Assembly (NCBI RefSeq): GCF_001194135.2 | Contig: NC_068983.1 | Location: forward strand, 66,827,697-66,891,385 | Length of the DNA stretch: 63,689 nt | Direction of reading: 5' to 3' | Source of the DNA: Octopus bimaculoides | Taxonomy: Eukaryota | Shown: one piece after another, positions 12,415 through 26,804 of the stretch | Layout of the letters: every line of letters starts with the position of its first letter | Position numbering within the stretch: the stretch's first letter is position 1 | Translations under genes and position numbers: made by a program | Notes under the pieces: model-generated | The model's database searches: none | What the model was told of the DNA's origin: nothing | What the model saw: the letters and a program-made list of their open reading frames with translations, nothing else

Positions 12415-12795
12415 GTTGTTGTTGGCACTCCATCACTTACGACGTCGAGGGTTCCAGTTGATCCGATCAACGGAACAGCCTGCTCATGAAATTAATGTGC
12501 AAGTGGCTGAGCACGCCACAGACACGTGTACCCTTAACGTAGTTCTTGGGGATATTCAGCGTGACACAGTGTGACAAGGCTGACCCTTTGAATTACAGGT
12601 ACAACAGAAACAGGAAGTAAAAGAAAGTTGTGGTGAAAGATTACAGAAGGGTTTGCCACTATCTCCTGCCGGAGCCTCGTGGAGCTTTAGGTGTTTTCGC
12701 TCAATAAACACTCACAACACCTGGTCTGGGAATCGAAACCGCGATCCTATGACCGCGAGTCCGCTGCCCTAACCACTGGGCCATTGTGCCTCCAC
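12415..12795 (-). mobile_element. Full-length tRNA-derived SINE
   Basis: Minus-strand head gtggaggcacaatggcccagtggttagggcagcggactcgcggtcataggatcgcggtttcgattccc with A box TGGCCCAGTGG and B box GGTTTCGATTCC; (CAA)n tail; 11-bp TSD attttaca(a/g)ct at 12404-12414 and 12796-12806. Confidence 0.9.
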
Positions 12796-13098
12796 ATTTT
12801 ACAGCTATATTTTTCATAATTTACAATTATTTACAAATTATTCTGATTTCAATAAAAAAAAATTTCTCTTTGTGCCATTGTTCAAAATGCTGATGTAGCT
12901 ACTACTAGATAGCCTTCATTATCGTTATTTGGTTGAGGTTAACTACTATGTGGTTACTGTTATTTAGACCCTGATCAACTCTGATCAAGAAGGTCTATGA
13001 TTAAAAGCATGCCAGTCATAACTATTATCTCCTTTTAGGGGTATGTAGGACTACATCATCGGTCTTTTCTTTATTTAAGGCACTATGGTGTAATTTAA

Positions 13099-13304
13099 CC
13101 CTTTAGCATTTAAACCAGCCATATCTGGCCAAAATATTCTGTTTGTATTATCTTCAAATTAGCCAGATCTAGCCTCTCACACCTACCCAACTATGTCATT
13201 TTAAAAATGAACAATTATATGATCAAAATCTCAAAGGTATGAGATAATGCAAAACAATGTGATTAAATAAGCATATTTTATGAAGTAATCTGAGTGTCAA
13301 AGGG
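13099..13304. mobile_element. piggyBac-like MITE
   Basis: ttaa|ccctttagcattt ... gagtgtcaaaggg|tgaa: CCCTTT/AAAGGG termini with a TTAA-type target, inserted into an older repeat. Confidence 0.6.
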
Positions 13305-13493
13305 TGAAAGGCGATTTGGCTACTATTTCTGACCTGATAATAACTAAATGTAAGCCCTTTTGCTGGCTCTGCTAGAAACAGTAGTGAAGTTTCTCTCAAA
13401 ACATGCCTGCTATCTTAAAGACAGAGAAGATAATTTAAACCAAGTGATTGTCATAATGGAAATGCCTTTGGTCATGTCTACTCAGTAAAGGGC

Positions 13494-13577
13494 TATACTA
13501 CTACTACTACTGCTACTACTACTACTACTACTGCTACTACTACTACTACTACTGATGATGATGATGATGATGATGAT
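13494..13577. repeat. Compound (CTA)n(GAT)n microsatellite
   Basis: Direct reading. Confidence 0.95.
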
Positions 13578-15885
13578 TAATTAAAGTAGAATCTGGTTGA
13601 TTTTTAATTTAATATATTAGGACAAGACTTAATATTATATGTTACTCTGTACTGTTTCTGGCAACTCTTCATTTCTTTATTCTGGTAATACTGCTATCTA
13701 TGAACCATTATGATTTTGCTTGTGCTGCACGTTATCCCTGTATAATGATCATACTCATTAATAGCAACCATCAGTGATATTTGTTTGTAGAATTATTCAG
13801 ATAGAAGAAATAATATCAACCATTATTGCTAAATTGTGTGACCAAAAGTATTAGTCTTAAAACTTCAAAGACACCATTACTATTCTTTATAGAATATTTT
13901 ATAGGAAATAACAGATTTTGTTTATGAGCACGAAGATTTAATAAATTTAGCATTACAATTTACAATCTAGTTCAATGCATCTCTATGAGTTTATATGTTG
14001 AAACCCTGTAACATCAATTGTTATGTCATAAGCATATCTCAATGTGATAAATTTTTTTATTATGTATCTTTGGAATAATACATGGCCTTTGATTTACTTT
14101 GCCTATTTTTCAAAACATAATGCATTGCAATCGACTGAACCTGTATTATTAGCTCATTTCCTTAAATTCTCAATTACTTACTGTATATGTTTTGTATAAT
14201 TTCAAATAATTCATTTCAATATTCAACATAATGAAATCTAAATGTTGAAATGTGTTAATGCAATTAGAAATAATTGTATTCTATATGAGAAAGATATTTC
14301 ATTTAACAAATATTAATTGCCATCTGTGATTTTACATCCATGTCCCTTTTTGAAATTAGTTTTTAACAGAAATACATTGAACCATAAACCTATTTATTTT
14401 TCAATATATTCTACCACTGAAAAATGAACCATAATTTTTTAGAGGAAGGGTCACTACTCATGACATTTTTAATATTTTTTCAGTGAGACCTGGATTACTA
14501 TCTTGAACCTCTGTGGGTCCACATATGTAAATGATTAGGGAATGCTTTTAATACAATATCTTAAAAATGGAGCACAATAAGGAAGTTGAGAGGAGGGCAG
14601 ACATGTGCATTAGATGAGCTTAAATTTAAGTTATATACAGTTTGCTAATTCAGAGAAACAAAGATCTGTTATAGTGGCAATAGAAAAGACAAGGAGAAGA
14701 AATACTTTATTTTAAATCCAGTGTTGTACTCTACTGGTGACTGAATCCCTACTAATCTCTCTAGCAATACTGTTTCAGATAAGAGGAGAGTACTGCAATG
14801 TAAGATTTAATTAGTTTTATAGAGAATCAGAAACTACTGATCAGGCTGAGGTAAGGTTTTTTACGTGATGAGGAAGCATAGTTTTTGGGACACAGCACTA
14901 ACAATATTTTACATGTGATGTCACCATAAGAACCTGTCACCTATTGTGAGACTTAATTTTTGTAATGACTTTGAGCATTTTATTTAGATGATGATCATAT
15001 GAGTATCTCCTATCCTTGTTGAAGGAGACTTGCTTGTCATGTTCTCATTAAAGGAAATTTATTTTAAATTTCTATTTTTGAAAGCAGTGCAAGTCTTGCA
15101 TGAAATGTTTAAATTGCATTTAGAAGATGCCTGGGTGTTAAACATTTATGGGGAATGAAGAGTAATGTAATGCCATCTACATTTGGGTATGTTTTAACAA
15201 AAATGACAAATAGGTCATTAATGCATCAATCAAGATAGATCTCTGTAAGGAGAAAAAGAACTGAAGAACAAGGATAGAAGCTAGTTCTGGGAGTGGGGTG
15301 TACTGTTTTAGGGTGTTTAGTGGAAAGAACATTAGTTTTAATCACCTTGCTGAATTGAAGTTATTGGAAAAATGTTATACTTAGTAATGGCATCCAGCCA
15401 TAGAAACCAAGCCAAAACAGACTGGAACCTGGTGCAGCTCTCCACCTTACAAGTTTGTTTATTAACAAGAATCGAAGAATGGGGATTACTGAGTCATATT
15501 GTTAAGAAATAACAGGTAGGAGGATACAACAAAGTTAGAAAAAAATTGTCTTGATGGGACATTAGAATATTCAGTTACAATTTAAAAAGTGAGAGAGTTT
15601 CAGACTGATACACAAAGGCATTTTTTTACTTTCCTCATGGTTGGCTTATAATACTGAGTACATGCATCCCAGTTATTAGTGGTGATGTCCACGCATGATT
15701 TTCATTATTTCCTGCTTGTATTCCTAAAGCACTGTTTTAAGTGAGCCATATGGAAATTTACCAATTATCTGAAGGAATGAAGGATGTTTTGGTCACCTAA
15801 TAAGCTGTGTTGGATAGATCAGAGACAAAGTTAGTTGATTTAAGGTACCACAGAGTTTTGAGTTAAAGGTGCAATGAAAAGAATA

Positions 15886-16257
15886 NNNNNNNNNNNNNNN
15901 NNNNNNNNNNNNNNNNNNNNNNNNNNNNNNNNNNNNNNNNNNNNNNNNNNNNNNNNNNNNNNNNNNNNNNNNNNNNNNNNNNNNNNNNNNNNNNNNNNNN
16001 NNNNNNNNNNNNNNNNNNNNNNNNNNNNNNNNNNNNNNNNNNNNNNNNNNNNNNNNNNNNNNNNNNNNNNNNNNNNNNNNNNNNNNNNNNNNNNNNNNNN
16101 NNNNNNNNNNNNNNNNNNNNNNNNNNNNNNNNNNNNNNNNNNNNNNNNNNNNNNNNNNNNNNNNNNNNNNNNNNNNNNNNNNNNNNNNNNNNNNNNNNNN
16201 NNNNNNNNNNNNNNNNNNNNNNNNNNNNNNNNNNNNNNNNNNNNNNNNNNNNNNNNN
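15886..16257. other. Assembly gap followed by (TATG)n
   Basis: Run of N. Confidence 1.
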
Positions 16258-16376
16258 ATATGTATGTATATATGTATATATATATGTATGTATATATGTA
16301 TATATATGTATGTATGTATTTATGTATGTATATATATGTATGTATGTATATATGTATGTATACATATGTATGTATG

Positions 16377-16410
<34 letters not shown>

Positions 16411-18492
16411 TGTATAAGTCTTAACTGTTACTTTTTAAATAAGAAACAATGCTAAAATAGCACTGAAATGACTAGAGGAAAACAGAAGCTTGTCATTATT
16501 AGCAATTCCTATTATGAAAATCATAGTTAATTTTAAAACTTGTGAGACTGACTTGTATTGGATTTCTGAAAACTACAAGTTATAATTGGTTCTTTCTGTC
16601 AAATATCATAACGATTGTAATGATAATAAATTTGTGAAAGATATTGATCCAATATCTTTTTCCATTTTGCAACAATGATCACTTTTATGTTTCAATTTTT
16701 GTCTGCTGCAATTATTTGAATCTATGTTTAGGAGCAGTTATGCTGAAATTTTAATCAAAAATTTCAAAGCAGGTATTGCATATGATATAAATCCTCATTG
16801 AGTGATTTGTTAGTTAATTCTCACAAAAGTTATCAGCTAAAAGAATAGTCGAGAATCTGCAAGAAGTTATGTAAGAAATACCTTGAGTACATTTTAGCAT
16901 TTCTTATAAACTGATATCTCTAACAAAGCTTTACATAATAACTTGGTACTTATGTTTGTTATTCAGCATTACTAAATCTATTCTACTTCGTTTTTGTATC
17001 TATTCTATTTCCACTATTAAAACTAGTTAAATGTTGTTAGATTATGTTTGTGTAAACTATTGAAGTGTAATGGATGTATTGATTAAAAATATACTACTTA
17101 TCTTAAAGGAAACTGATATCTGTTTTAAAAACTTAGATTCATCATTACTGTTCATTTCCTCCTTGAACATACCATGATAGCTAGAGATTTTATTTTGTAT
17201 TATTTGTATTAATATACTCAAACATTTAAAAGTCATCTGTTATTTAAACTAATCAAGTATTGTTTAGAGGGATAATGTTATTAAACATCTGTATAACTGG
17301 AGTAAGCTAGCCACATCTATGGTGCTTTGCTGTAAAATGTTTATCTGTTGACAATTAAACACTTATGACTTTTACTTACAAATAGTTGAAAACAGAACAT
17401 TAGAGCTTGTAGTGCATTCTTAAAATGTTAGGGATCTGTTGGATAGATAACATGGTTAATCTGACTTCAACAAATGTATTCCATTATTAATCATAATAGT
17501 AAATTATGTAACTTTATTTATATTCATTTAGCTGGGTTGTTTAAATTTTGTTAGTCAGAATTTTTAATGGGGTGGAGCTACTCATATTTATATTGTGAGC
17601 AGCATAAGTCAGGCTTCAGCAGATTTTCTCTCACAACTTATATAACTGTTAGTCAAGCTATAAATATTTTTATTTATTTTCATCATCACCTCTTCTTGCT
17701 CATTGATAAATCTTGTTACTACTTTGCCTTACTATAAACCATTTCAATTATTCTTTATCACAACTATGATCATTATTGTGATTTATTCAAGAGTATAGCT
17801 ATTTTTATGATCAATAACATTTTATATCCTTGTATTTGTCACCTTCTGTCTAAAATCTGTACAACTGTTTCTTTTTATTCAATTAATTTTCTTTATTATT
17901 GTATTTTGTGTTATTAATTTTATTTCCCTTTATTTTTCTCTCTTTATTATTTCTTATTTTTCTTCCTTTTATGCAATATACACACACACACACACACACA
18001 TGATTCTGAAAAATCAAGTATTCTGAAACATATATGGTTTTGACCATCAACCTATTTCATGATCTAACATGAGCTACTATATTGTTTGATCCTGTATACT
18101 GTGATCAGTTATAAAAAGATCAGGAATTACCTGAGGAGGTGCTTCATGTGCCTATCCTACAAATAACTAACCAACTATTAAATAGAAGCATTGCTGAAGT
18201 AAATGATGAGAAAATGAAACTTATAAGTCATAAGTTAAAATCAGACATTGGTATTCATTATAACCTAAAGCAAGATACATTCTTTGACTTTATTTGGCCT
18301 AATTAACTGAAAATGTACATATCTTTCCTTTTTCACAAATAATTGGTTGCATTATATGAGACATTCATTTTTATATTGTTTTTAATAATTTTTTTAAATG
18401 TATGAATTGAAAAGTATCAATAAATTTATTATTTATTTTTCCATACTTTGTTTCTTACATTAACATGACCCATGACTTTCTTGTTTATATAG

Positions 18493-18594
18493 ACTCACAA
18501 CAATTTGGGGAATATTTCACTGCCTTATATTGGTGGTGCAGCAGAAGAAAAATTATCAAACTGCCAGTTCTGCTTTCGCAGTATTCCAAATTTG
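18493..18594 (+). CDS. Candidate internal exon (102 nt), unidentified; e.g. phase-1 frame DSQQFGEYFTALYWWCSRRKIIKLPVLLSQYSKF
   Basis: Acceptor ctttcttgtttatatag, donor ttg|gtgagg, length divisible by 3, open in all three frames, more GC-rich than its flanks. The frame is undetermined. Confidence 0.3.
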
Positions 18595-21500
18595 GTGAGG
18601 TTATCTAGCATGCTTTAAGATGATAAATCTTCAATGTGCTAACCCATCTTATCCTATTTAAAGCTTTACTAATAAAAATACTCCACAGCTACATAAATGT
18701 AGTTTCATACTAAACTTCAGATAATCTTTGATTGGTATCCCTGCTTAAAAGGACACTGATATGTGACCAGATCTGATATTTCTGTAATGTTTTCATAATG
18801 AATCTACTAGAACCTCTCAAAGGTTCCACATTTTTATTTAGTTTCCTAAACAGTGATCAATTAAGTGATCACAATAAGTTAAATGACTTAACCTTGGCAA
18901 GAACTTGCATTTTATATACTAACTTGTATAATTTGATGCTTTCATATTCAACGACAGCCCCACCTACTTGCTATGTGGTCATCTTTATTATGTATTTTAA
19001 CGATATCTACACCCACAAAGATGTATAAACAATTTATCTAAATGTTTATTAAGTTACTTTCAAAAACAGAACTACTTTTGTGACAGTTCCTTCTTCAAAG
19101 CAACAAAGTTATCAACATCAAATAGTAGTTATTACTGCAAATTACTGAAAGGAAAACTCATTATCTAGCAAGCAAAAATAATATTTAATGCCATTCACAA
19201 AAAAAAAAAAAAATGAAATAAAAAATATGAAGATATTCTAATAAAACATTTACTTTGTGCAAATCAACAGTTTGGTATTATTTGCATAAAATGCATAAAT
19301 CAGGCACTGTTGGTAAAGCCTTTCAGTAGATAAGACTACTCCAAAATTGTTTCCAATGAAGACATTGACAATGAAAATCAAACCTACAGTTTTTATTAGT
19401 TTCCATTATTTATTACCAAGAGTATTGCTTTAAAATGTTGAGGTTATAATCCCTGAACAGCACAAAACAAACCAAAAGGTTGTTATATGAACCTAGTCTA
19501 GTTTGTCAACTTCAGTGTAGTTAGAGCCATGCTTGTATCTTGATCAAACTATTTATGTATGAAAAACTTAACAAATTGATTGTTTATATATTAATTTTTA
19601 TGAGGACTAAATATTGTTATTATACAGTCTAATAAAATTGAAATATGTCCATAGCTGTCACCTTGTTTGATGACAGTGATATGATTTTCCCTTTAAGTAA
19701 GAAAATTGAATATTTGGCAAAATTATTTCTTAAAATCATTTCTCTTTTTCTTTGAGAGTCTCTAACAATTACCACTAGCTTTTTTTTTTTATTTCTCCAA
19801 CTAAAAGGCAAATTTCAGTTCATTAAAAATTTTTGTTTATGTCATCCAGTACATAACCACCCAATTGTTAACATAGCCAATATCCATAATAAATATTTGA
19901 CTTAGCAGCAGAGCATTCATATTGATTAATTCTGTCTAAGAAAGTATTTCTTACTTTGGTGTTACATCACTGAAAGATTCAATTAATTCATAAGACTGAA
20001 TATTCTGCACATAATAGTGCTCTTAACATAATCCTGTCACACACTATGTCATTAACTTGTTATAGTGTGTGACATTGCTGACTTTTTGAATTATAGGTAC
20101 AATTCATTTGACAAGTTCCACAGTTTGTCCATCTAGTTGGACATACATAACTTGGGTTGACCTGAATATATGACAATACACACCTATGTTTTGAGCAGTG
20201 GAATTCTTGGGACTTCATGATTGCTTAGAAAATTTCTTAACCATTTGGCTGTACTTGCACCCATTTGATCATAGGTTTGCTCATTCTATGAACTGCTCTA
20301 TGGCCTTGAAACAAAATGTAATATCTTAGAAAGACTTGAAGACTTTAATAAGGAGAAAGCAAAACTCTTTTAAACTTTGCAGATTTTTCAATGTAATAGT
20401 AGATTTGGAAAACAGTCCAAAAATACTTGTTCTTTTTTTTTTTTTAGCTCCCAGTTAGCAATGACCCTGTATACCATTGATAAAAAAATATTCCAGCCAT
20501 GACTATCTTATTTATCTAGGATCACATTAGCCAATGTGTTCTTCCCTTTAGGATGCAGTTTAAAAGAAATTTGACTGTTATTTTTTGCATGTTGAGCAAT
20601 CATGTACAGGCTCCCTGGTTTGTTTGACCTTTTTCACACACATGAATGTATGTGTAGCCTTACCTTTGCTTTGGTTAAAAATCATTGTCACTTAATTGTC
20701 ATTATTGTTTAGAGCAGAACTATAATCAATAACATTCCAGCAATGACTACCTGTATTTTTCATTAGTACAACACATCCAGAACCACATTATTTAATGTGT
20801 ACTTCTTTACTAAGTGTGGTGTAATTTAAGGGAAATTTGGCTGCTATTTCAAACTGTTTGAGCCATTGAATTTGCTTAATGTCCCGTCTGATATTCCTGA
20901 TAAAACTTTGAGTAAATTATTGATACTCAATTTGATATTATTTACTTCTCTTTTGGATTGTTACCAGATTTTTATTTTATCTTTATTGTCATTGAAGGCT
21001 ATGAAAAGCTTAAATTCATTTTGTTTTTAATCACTAATCAATCCCCCGTTTAACCTTTTGAATTCTTCTACATCAGCAATGACCTTTCAAACTAAATCAC
21101 TAACTGAAAAATATTTCAGATAACTGCAATATATATTTAATGAGCATGTTGCTTGTACTTACTTCAGTTTGGGTTTTCCTTTTGTCTTTTTTTTTGTGTG
21201 TGTTGATTTTGTTTCTCATTTTAACAAAGATGTGTTTGCATATGTGTGCCTGTAGAGGTCATACTGACTTGGTTTGTATGTGTGTGACTGGCTATTTTTG
21301 TCTTCTTAACTTTATTCAGACAATGATCCCAACTGATTGTCATAAAGTCACTTATCAATGCCTTCCAACTTTTGGCCCTAAGATATAACTGTCTCTTTCT
21401 TTTACCTTTTCTGTGACTACTAAAGAGGTCTCTGTTCTTTGGATCTGACTGGTCTCATGATCTCATACCACTTTCTTTCAGGTATTCATTTGTCTCACCT

Positions 21501-22193
21501 ACTATCATTACCTATGATTGTGTGCACTCCTACCCCAGGCTTACACTAACCACTTCACCCAAACTTTCTTTAGAATGTTAACTTCTGGAATTCACTCCCC
21601 ATACACTTATTTATAATTATCAAATTTTAGCTGTTCAAGAAGAACAAGAATTGCTGTGAATTTGTACCATTGCTAGATACAGATCATCATTGTAAGTAAC
21701 AGAAGCAATGCCTTGTTAAAGTATTTTATTAGCTTGCAATGCTGAGTTTAAGTACTTCTAAGAATTTGAAATAAGCAGCAGAAAGCACTGCCAATGTGTT
21801 TCCAGGATCAAGAAATCATTTGCAACTCAGATGCATTCACTGAAAAGAACTCAGCTGGTATTTAATGATACAAGTCACTTTATTTCTAATCCATTTTTCC
21901 TGGCTGTTTCTGTTTATTCCTCTGCATCTGTATATAGCTGTTGGTTTGCCTGTATTTAGAGATTGGTTGATTTGTATCTAGTTATTAATTTAACTACATC
22001 TAGTGAGTGGTCTATCTCCTTTCTGACAGGAGAAAAGACAGATTCTATCAAGAAGTTAATGCAGTTGGATGGATAAGATTTGTTCTATTATTAGTTACAT
22101 GATTGTTTTAGTTCAATGTTTGACATTGAGAATGAGAACAGTGTTCTCTTATAACGAAAAAAAAAATTCTTATCCTAATATACAAATATATTA

Positions 22194-22261
<68 letters not shown>

Positions 22262-23346
22262 CTGTGTGTTGGTATAATGCTGATTGACAAAATTAAATCT
22301 TATGATTATATTTTTAATGAAACACATTGTCTTTGTGATAAAGTTAATTTTGAAAATAATCAAACATTTGGATAATAACAATCTCGGATTAAAACCAGAT
22401 ACTTGTTTTCCCAATCATATGGTCCCTGGTTCAACCACCCTGTATAGGGCATTTTGTAAGGGTGACGAATGCTTTGTGAGAAAAGTTCACTTGATAGAAA
22501 CTGTGCTGGAGCCAGTCTTGTGCATGTGTGTGTTTGTATTTTATATATATATATGTTTATATATGCATATACATACATGTGCATGTATATAAATATTATG
22601 TTATTGGCACCACCTAGAAAAAGGTACTTTCTTTGCACTCACCAAAGGGAATGGAACCTTGGCCAAGAGAAACTAACGTCATCAGATGGTATCCAACAAT
22701 CATTGAGTATTTTGACCCTGAATCTAACACCCTCCTCTTAGTGGGTCATCAGAGGTGGGAAAATCACAGCTCATCATGTCTTTCTGGATTCCAGCTTAAC
22801 TCCTCCTGCAAGAGGCTCTTTCTGCTGCCTCTCCCATCCTGCTCACAGACACCTCTCATTCCAATGGCTATAAGCATCTTCCATACCAAATAGGCAGGGG
22901 ATCCTCTACAGTCAACCTTGACTGGGAAAAGCCATGGCTGTCATCCCTTCACCCTAGAACCCTGCAGAAGGCTCTTGTATCTGGCATGCTTTAATTCATA
23001 GACCTGATGAGATCCTGCTTCTCACTTGACTGTAAGCTTGATCAAGTTTATTTTCCTTGCCTTTTCAAACTACAGAACTGCATCTGGCCTCAGGATTGTA
23101 TGGACAACCTAGGAGAACTGCTGTCTCTCCCTCAGGTCCACTTTCATTGTATAGGTGCCATACAAAAATCCCCACTACAATCTGTGAGGTGGTTAGTATT
23201 TGGAAGGGTATCCAGTCATAGAAACCCTGCCAAACTGACTCTAAAGTATGACATGGTCATCCAATGCATCAAATGCTATTGAGCTATTCAACCTATGCCA
23301 GTATAGAAGGTGAATGTAAAATGATGATACTCATCATCACGCGCGC

Positions 23347-23382
<36 letters not shown>

Positions 23383-24159
23383 AGCATTGAGTTGCATTCC
23401 TTTATGTCAAAAAATAATATTGCCATTTGGTAAATAGAGATTAATAAAATAAGTACTAGACAGAAATAAGTACTAGGGTTGATATGATCAACTAGCTCTT
23501 TAGTGAAAATCTTTAAGCATGGATATAGTCTTAGTAGCTAAAATCAGTAAAAGCAAAAACAAATTTTCATTATTAAGTTGTTGTTTAGAAAATAACTTTA
23601 TATGAGATATTTTCATAAGATTACAAGAAAAGGATTTCATTTAAATGTGAATGTTTTAAAACAACAAATTTTGAGTTATAGAACTAGAGGTAGTCTGAGG
23701 TTGGTAGGTATAATGAAATTAGTGTTTAAGAAATATGTATGCTTCAAGTAGGTGAAAATAGCATACACTTTGTTATGGTAGTTTTTACTGTGTGGTAGTT
23801 ATTTGTTTCTTGGATGGTCTGATATATTAGTGAACAATAAAGATGTCATTCTATTTTTGAGAGATGTACTCTCTACCTAAAGAATTGTTGTTTTCAGAAT
23901 GGTTAACACAGCAGTTCAGGTTGATAATATTCTTCAGTATGGTACAACTGAGTATTTCTGTCTTAATATGTTTACTGGCTCTATCATGATGCAAAATAAA
24001 TTCTCAGAAAAATTTTTAAATATCATTAAAATTAGTCAAATTGTCTTGAATTATTTTTTCAGTTACAGCATCACACCTGTTTTTCAGCTTTACTAGGGTG
24101 TATATAATTCCATAAAAGTATACACATGACCTCACAATCACTATAAATAATCCTTTCTT

Positions 24160-24345
24160 CTAGAGGCACAAGGCCTGAAATTTGTTGGGAGTGGGGGCCA
24201 GTTGATTACATCAACTCCAGTACTCAACTTGTACTTATTTTATTGACCCCAAAAGGATGAAAGGCATAGTTGACACCAGCAAAATTTGAACTCAGAAAGT
24301 AGCGACGGGCAAAATACCACTAAGCATTCCATCCAGCAGGCACAA
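24160..24345 (-). mobile_element. Meta-like SINE fragment
   Basis: ttgaccccaaaaggatgaaaggcatagttgac is the reverse complement of the central domain gtcgactttgcctttcatcctttcggggtcgat also seen at 43808. Confidence 0.7.
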
Positions 24346-25133
24346 TCACTATAAATAATATCATGTGATTGAAGTGGACCATGAGAAATGAAATTTGATT
24401 AATTCTAAATAGTCTATATTATTAATTTCAATAAAATATAATACTCAATCATTATTTGAGTTATGCTAGTCTAATGACTCAAAATTATGTATTCAATATT
24501 GATTTTTGCATCTATATTTTATTATTGGAAATCAAAGTCAGAATTTGTCTTGCTTTTAATACATATTTTTGTTTTAATTTGGTTCCAATTTTTGGTTTTG
24601 AGATTTTTCCGATGTACTCAAAACCAAAAATTCCCTTACTATTAGTGATGGTTTTAACTGTTTTTTTTACATTAGATTTACATTACAGCTAAAGCTGTCT
24701 TGTGATATTGTCAGCTCAAAGTCTTCTATATATGATTCTTTTTTGGAAATAGATATTTGAACAATATTTTCTTATTATCTTGAGCAGTTCATTCAAATAA
24801 AAACTACATTAATAATTGTCTCTCTTTAAAGTGGTTCTCTTAAGTTGGTGTCTCTCTTAAGTTGGTTAGAACATCATTTCTTGACCTATGTCACCCAAGT
24901 TGCAGGAAGTTCATAGATAAGCTATTATAATTTTTCTTAATGAAAACTCCATAAATACATCTTGTTCTCTTACAAACACACATGACAGTCAAAAGTCATC
25001 AGTTAAACATTCACAGCCTAGATTCATTCTTTTAATGTTTAACTGTAATTGCTGCTACTTAATAGTTGCATATAATCTGTAGAAATGAAAGTTTTGCATT
25101 ATCTTTGTAAGGCTATGTTACAGTTTATTCCAG

Positions 25134-25289
25134 AAATGTTGTACGTTTATTAACTATGTTCTAAGGAAATTATTATATTTTGGTATTCTACCTTTGGTAA
25201 AGTCAAGAGATCTGCCATCTCAGTTGACAAACTGGAATGAAGATGTTTCTAATTTAATAGTAAAATATTTCAGCAGATGGCTTGCAAAT
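25134..25289 (+). CDS. Candidate internal exon (156 nt, phase 0-0): KCCTFINYVLRKLLYFGILPLVKSRDLPSQLTNWNEDVSNLIVKYFSRWLAN
   Basis: Acceptor gtttattccag, donor aat|gtaagt, 52 open codons in AT-rich sequence, globular-protein-like composition. No family recognised. Confidence 0.4.
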
Positions 25290-26804
25290 GTAAGTGCAAC
25301 ATTAAAAAAAAATTGAAGCAATTATTACTCACAAAAATATTTTATCTAAAATATAAAGAAAGTAAAATAATGATTGAATTTTAAAATTTTATTTGATATG
25401 ATTCTTTCAACTAGTGCATGATATTCTGGACGTAGTTGTGAGTGTATTATTTTTTTTTCTTCAGTTGAAGTAGCCTAAAGGTTTCTGTAACTCATTTGTT
25501 TATGTTTACTTGGCATTTCATATGAAATTACAGTTGCAACACAGTAAAAATTTAAACATAAGAAAAACTAGAGAGGTTTTGCTCTTCAAATCAATAAACT
25601 AATCAAAGTGTTTAAAAAAATTCCATGTTTCTTTTAAAAGGTTCATGCTTACATTTTTACATCTTTAATGCTTAAAAAGAATTTTCAAAATTATTTGGTT
25701 AAGAGTTACAGGCAACTTCTAAAAACTATAATTAAATATACTTGATAAAATCACATGCTAGCTTTCTACCTTCCAAAATGGAAGCTAATTATTGTATGTT
25801 CATGAATAAGTTTATATTTATATATCACAAACATACTTTACATTAGCCCATCTGCAAGAAAGTACCAAAGCATTACGTTTGAATTAATTGAAATAAAACA
25901 CCCACCTTAATATATTAAAACTTGATAGGAAAATCCAATTGCAATCAAATTCTTTCTCTACATACAAATTTAATCCTTTATTTGAAGTTTACCAATTTTG
26001 AATACTTAGTTTAAAATTAAATGGTATTAGTATCTGTGTGTTATTTGGATTTTTGTAGATTGATATTGAAGATAAGGTTCAGTGAGAAGGAGTTCTAGTA
26101 AATCTGTTTCTAAGGAAGAATGATTAAATACAGTGGTTTGAATTCATCTCTTTTTCATGAGAAAAAGAATCAAATTTGTTTGGTATATACATATAAAAAT
26201 TGATATAAGAAAATCCAGAACTATCAGCTATTGGTAAAAGCACAAAGCTGGAAGAACTAACAATGGGAAATATAGAAGTCAATAACTGATGGCTTTTATG
26301 CCTACTCAGTGGATAGCCTTTTTAGCAAGGAAGGATCATATGTATTTGTAAAGGAAAGCAAACTTCATAGTAAAACATACATAGGCTTTGATAAAACGTA
26401 TGTATCTGCCTAGATATGTTCTGAAGTTAAACAGTTAACATATCATTTGGCATTAAATTTTGATATCAACACATGAAATTTGCAACAAAACAAAGGAGGT
26501 GTCTCTTGTCAAATAGCAAAATTAAGGCAAGGAGAGTATACATCATCATCATCATCAATTCTCTTCTTGTCTTATTTTACTTTGTTGACAAAAGGCACCT
26601 CATTTGTTTTGTTGCAAAAATTAATGTGTTGATATCAAAATTTGCAAAATCCTACCCTTCCATTTGTCCCACACTTGCACTGGAAAATAAGTATGAAGTA
26701 GTTTTAAAGGATAACTTTCTTGTTTTGTGAAGAGAAAAGAGAAAATAGCAACAAAGTGTTTACTCAAAAGAGAAATACATTTCTTATTTTGCTCACTAAA
26801 TATT

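Noticed and set aside
12715-12795. tRNA-Arg gene
   Set aside because: It is the tRNA-derived head of a SINE, continuous with the SINE body and bracketed by a TSD; no proper acceptor stem.
14865-14990. C/D snoRNA starting at GTGATGA
   Set aside because: No CTGA D box or terminal stem at a suitable distance.
22600-23170. GC-richer segment, possibly a decayed LINE 3' end
   Set aside because: Only vague motif resemblance; I could not assign a family or reading frame.
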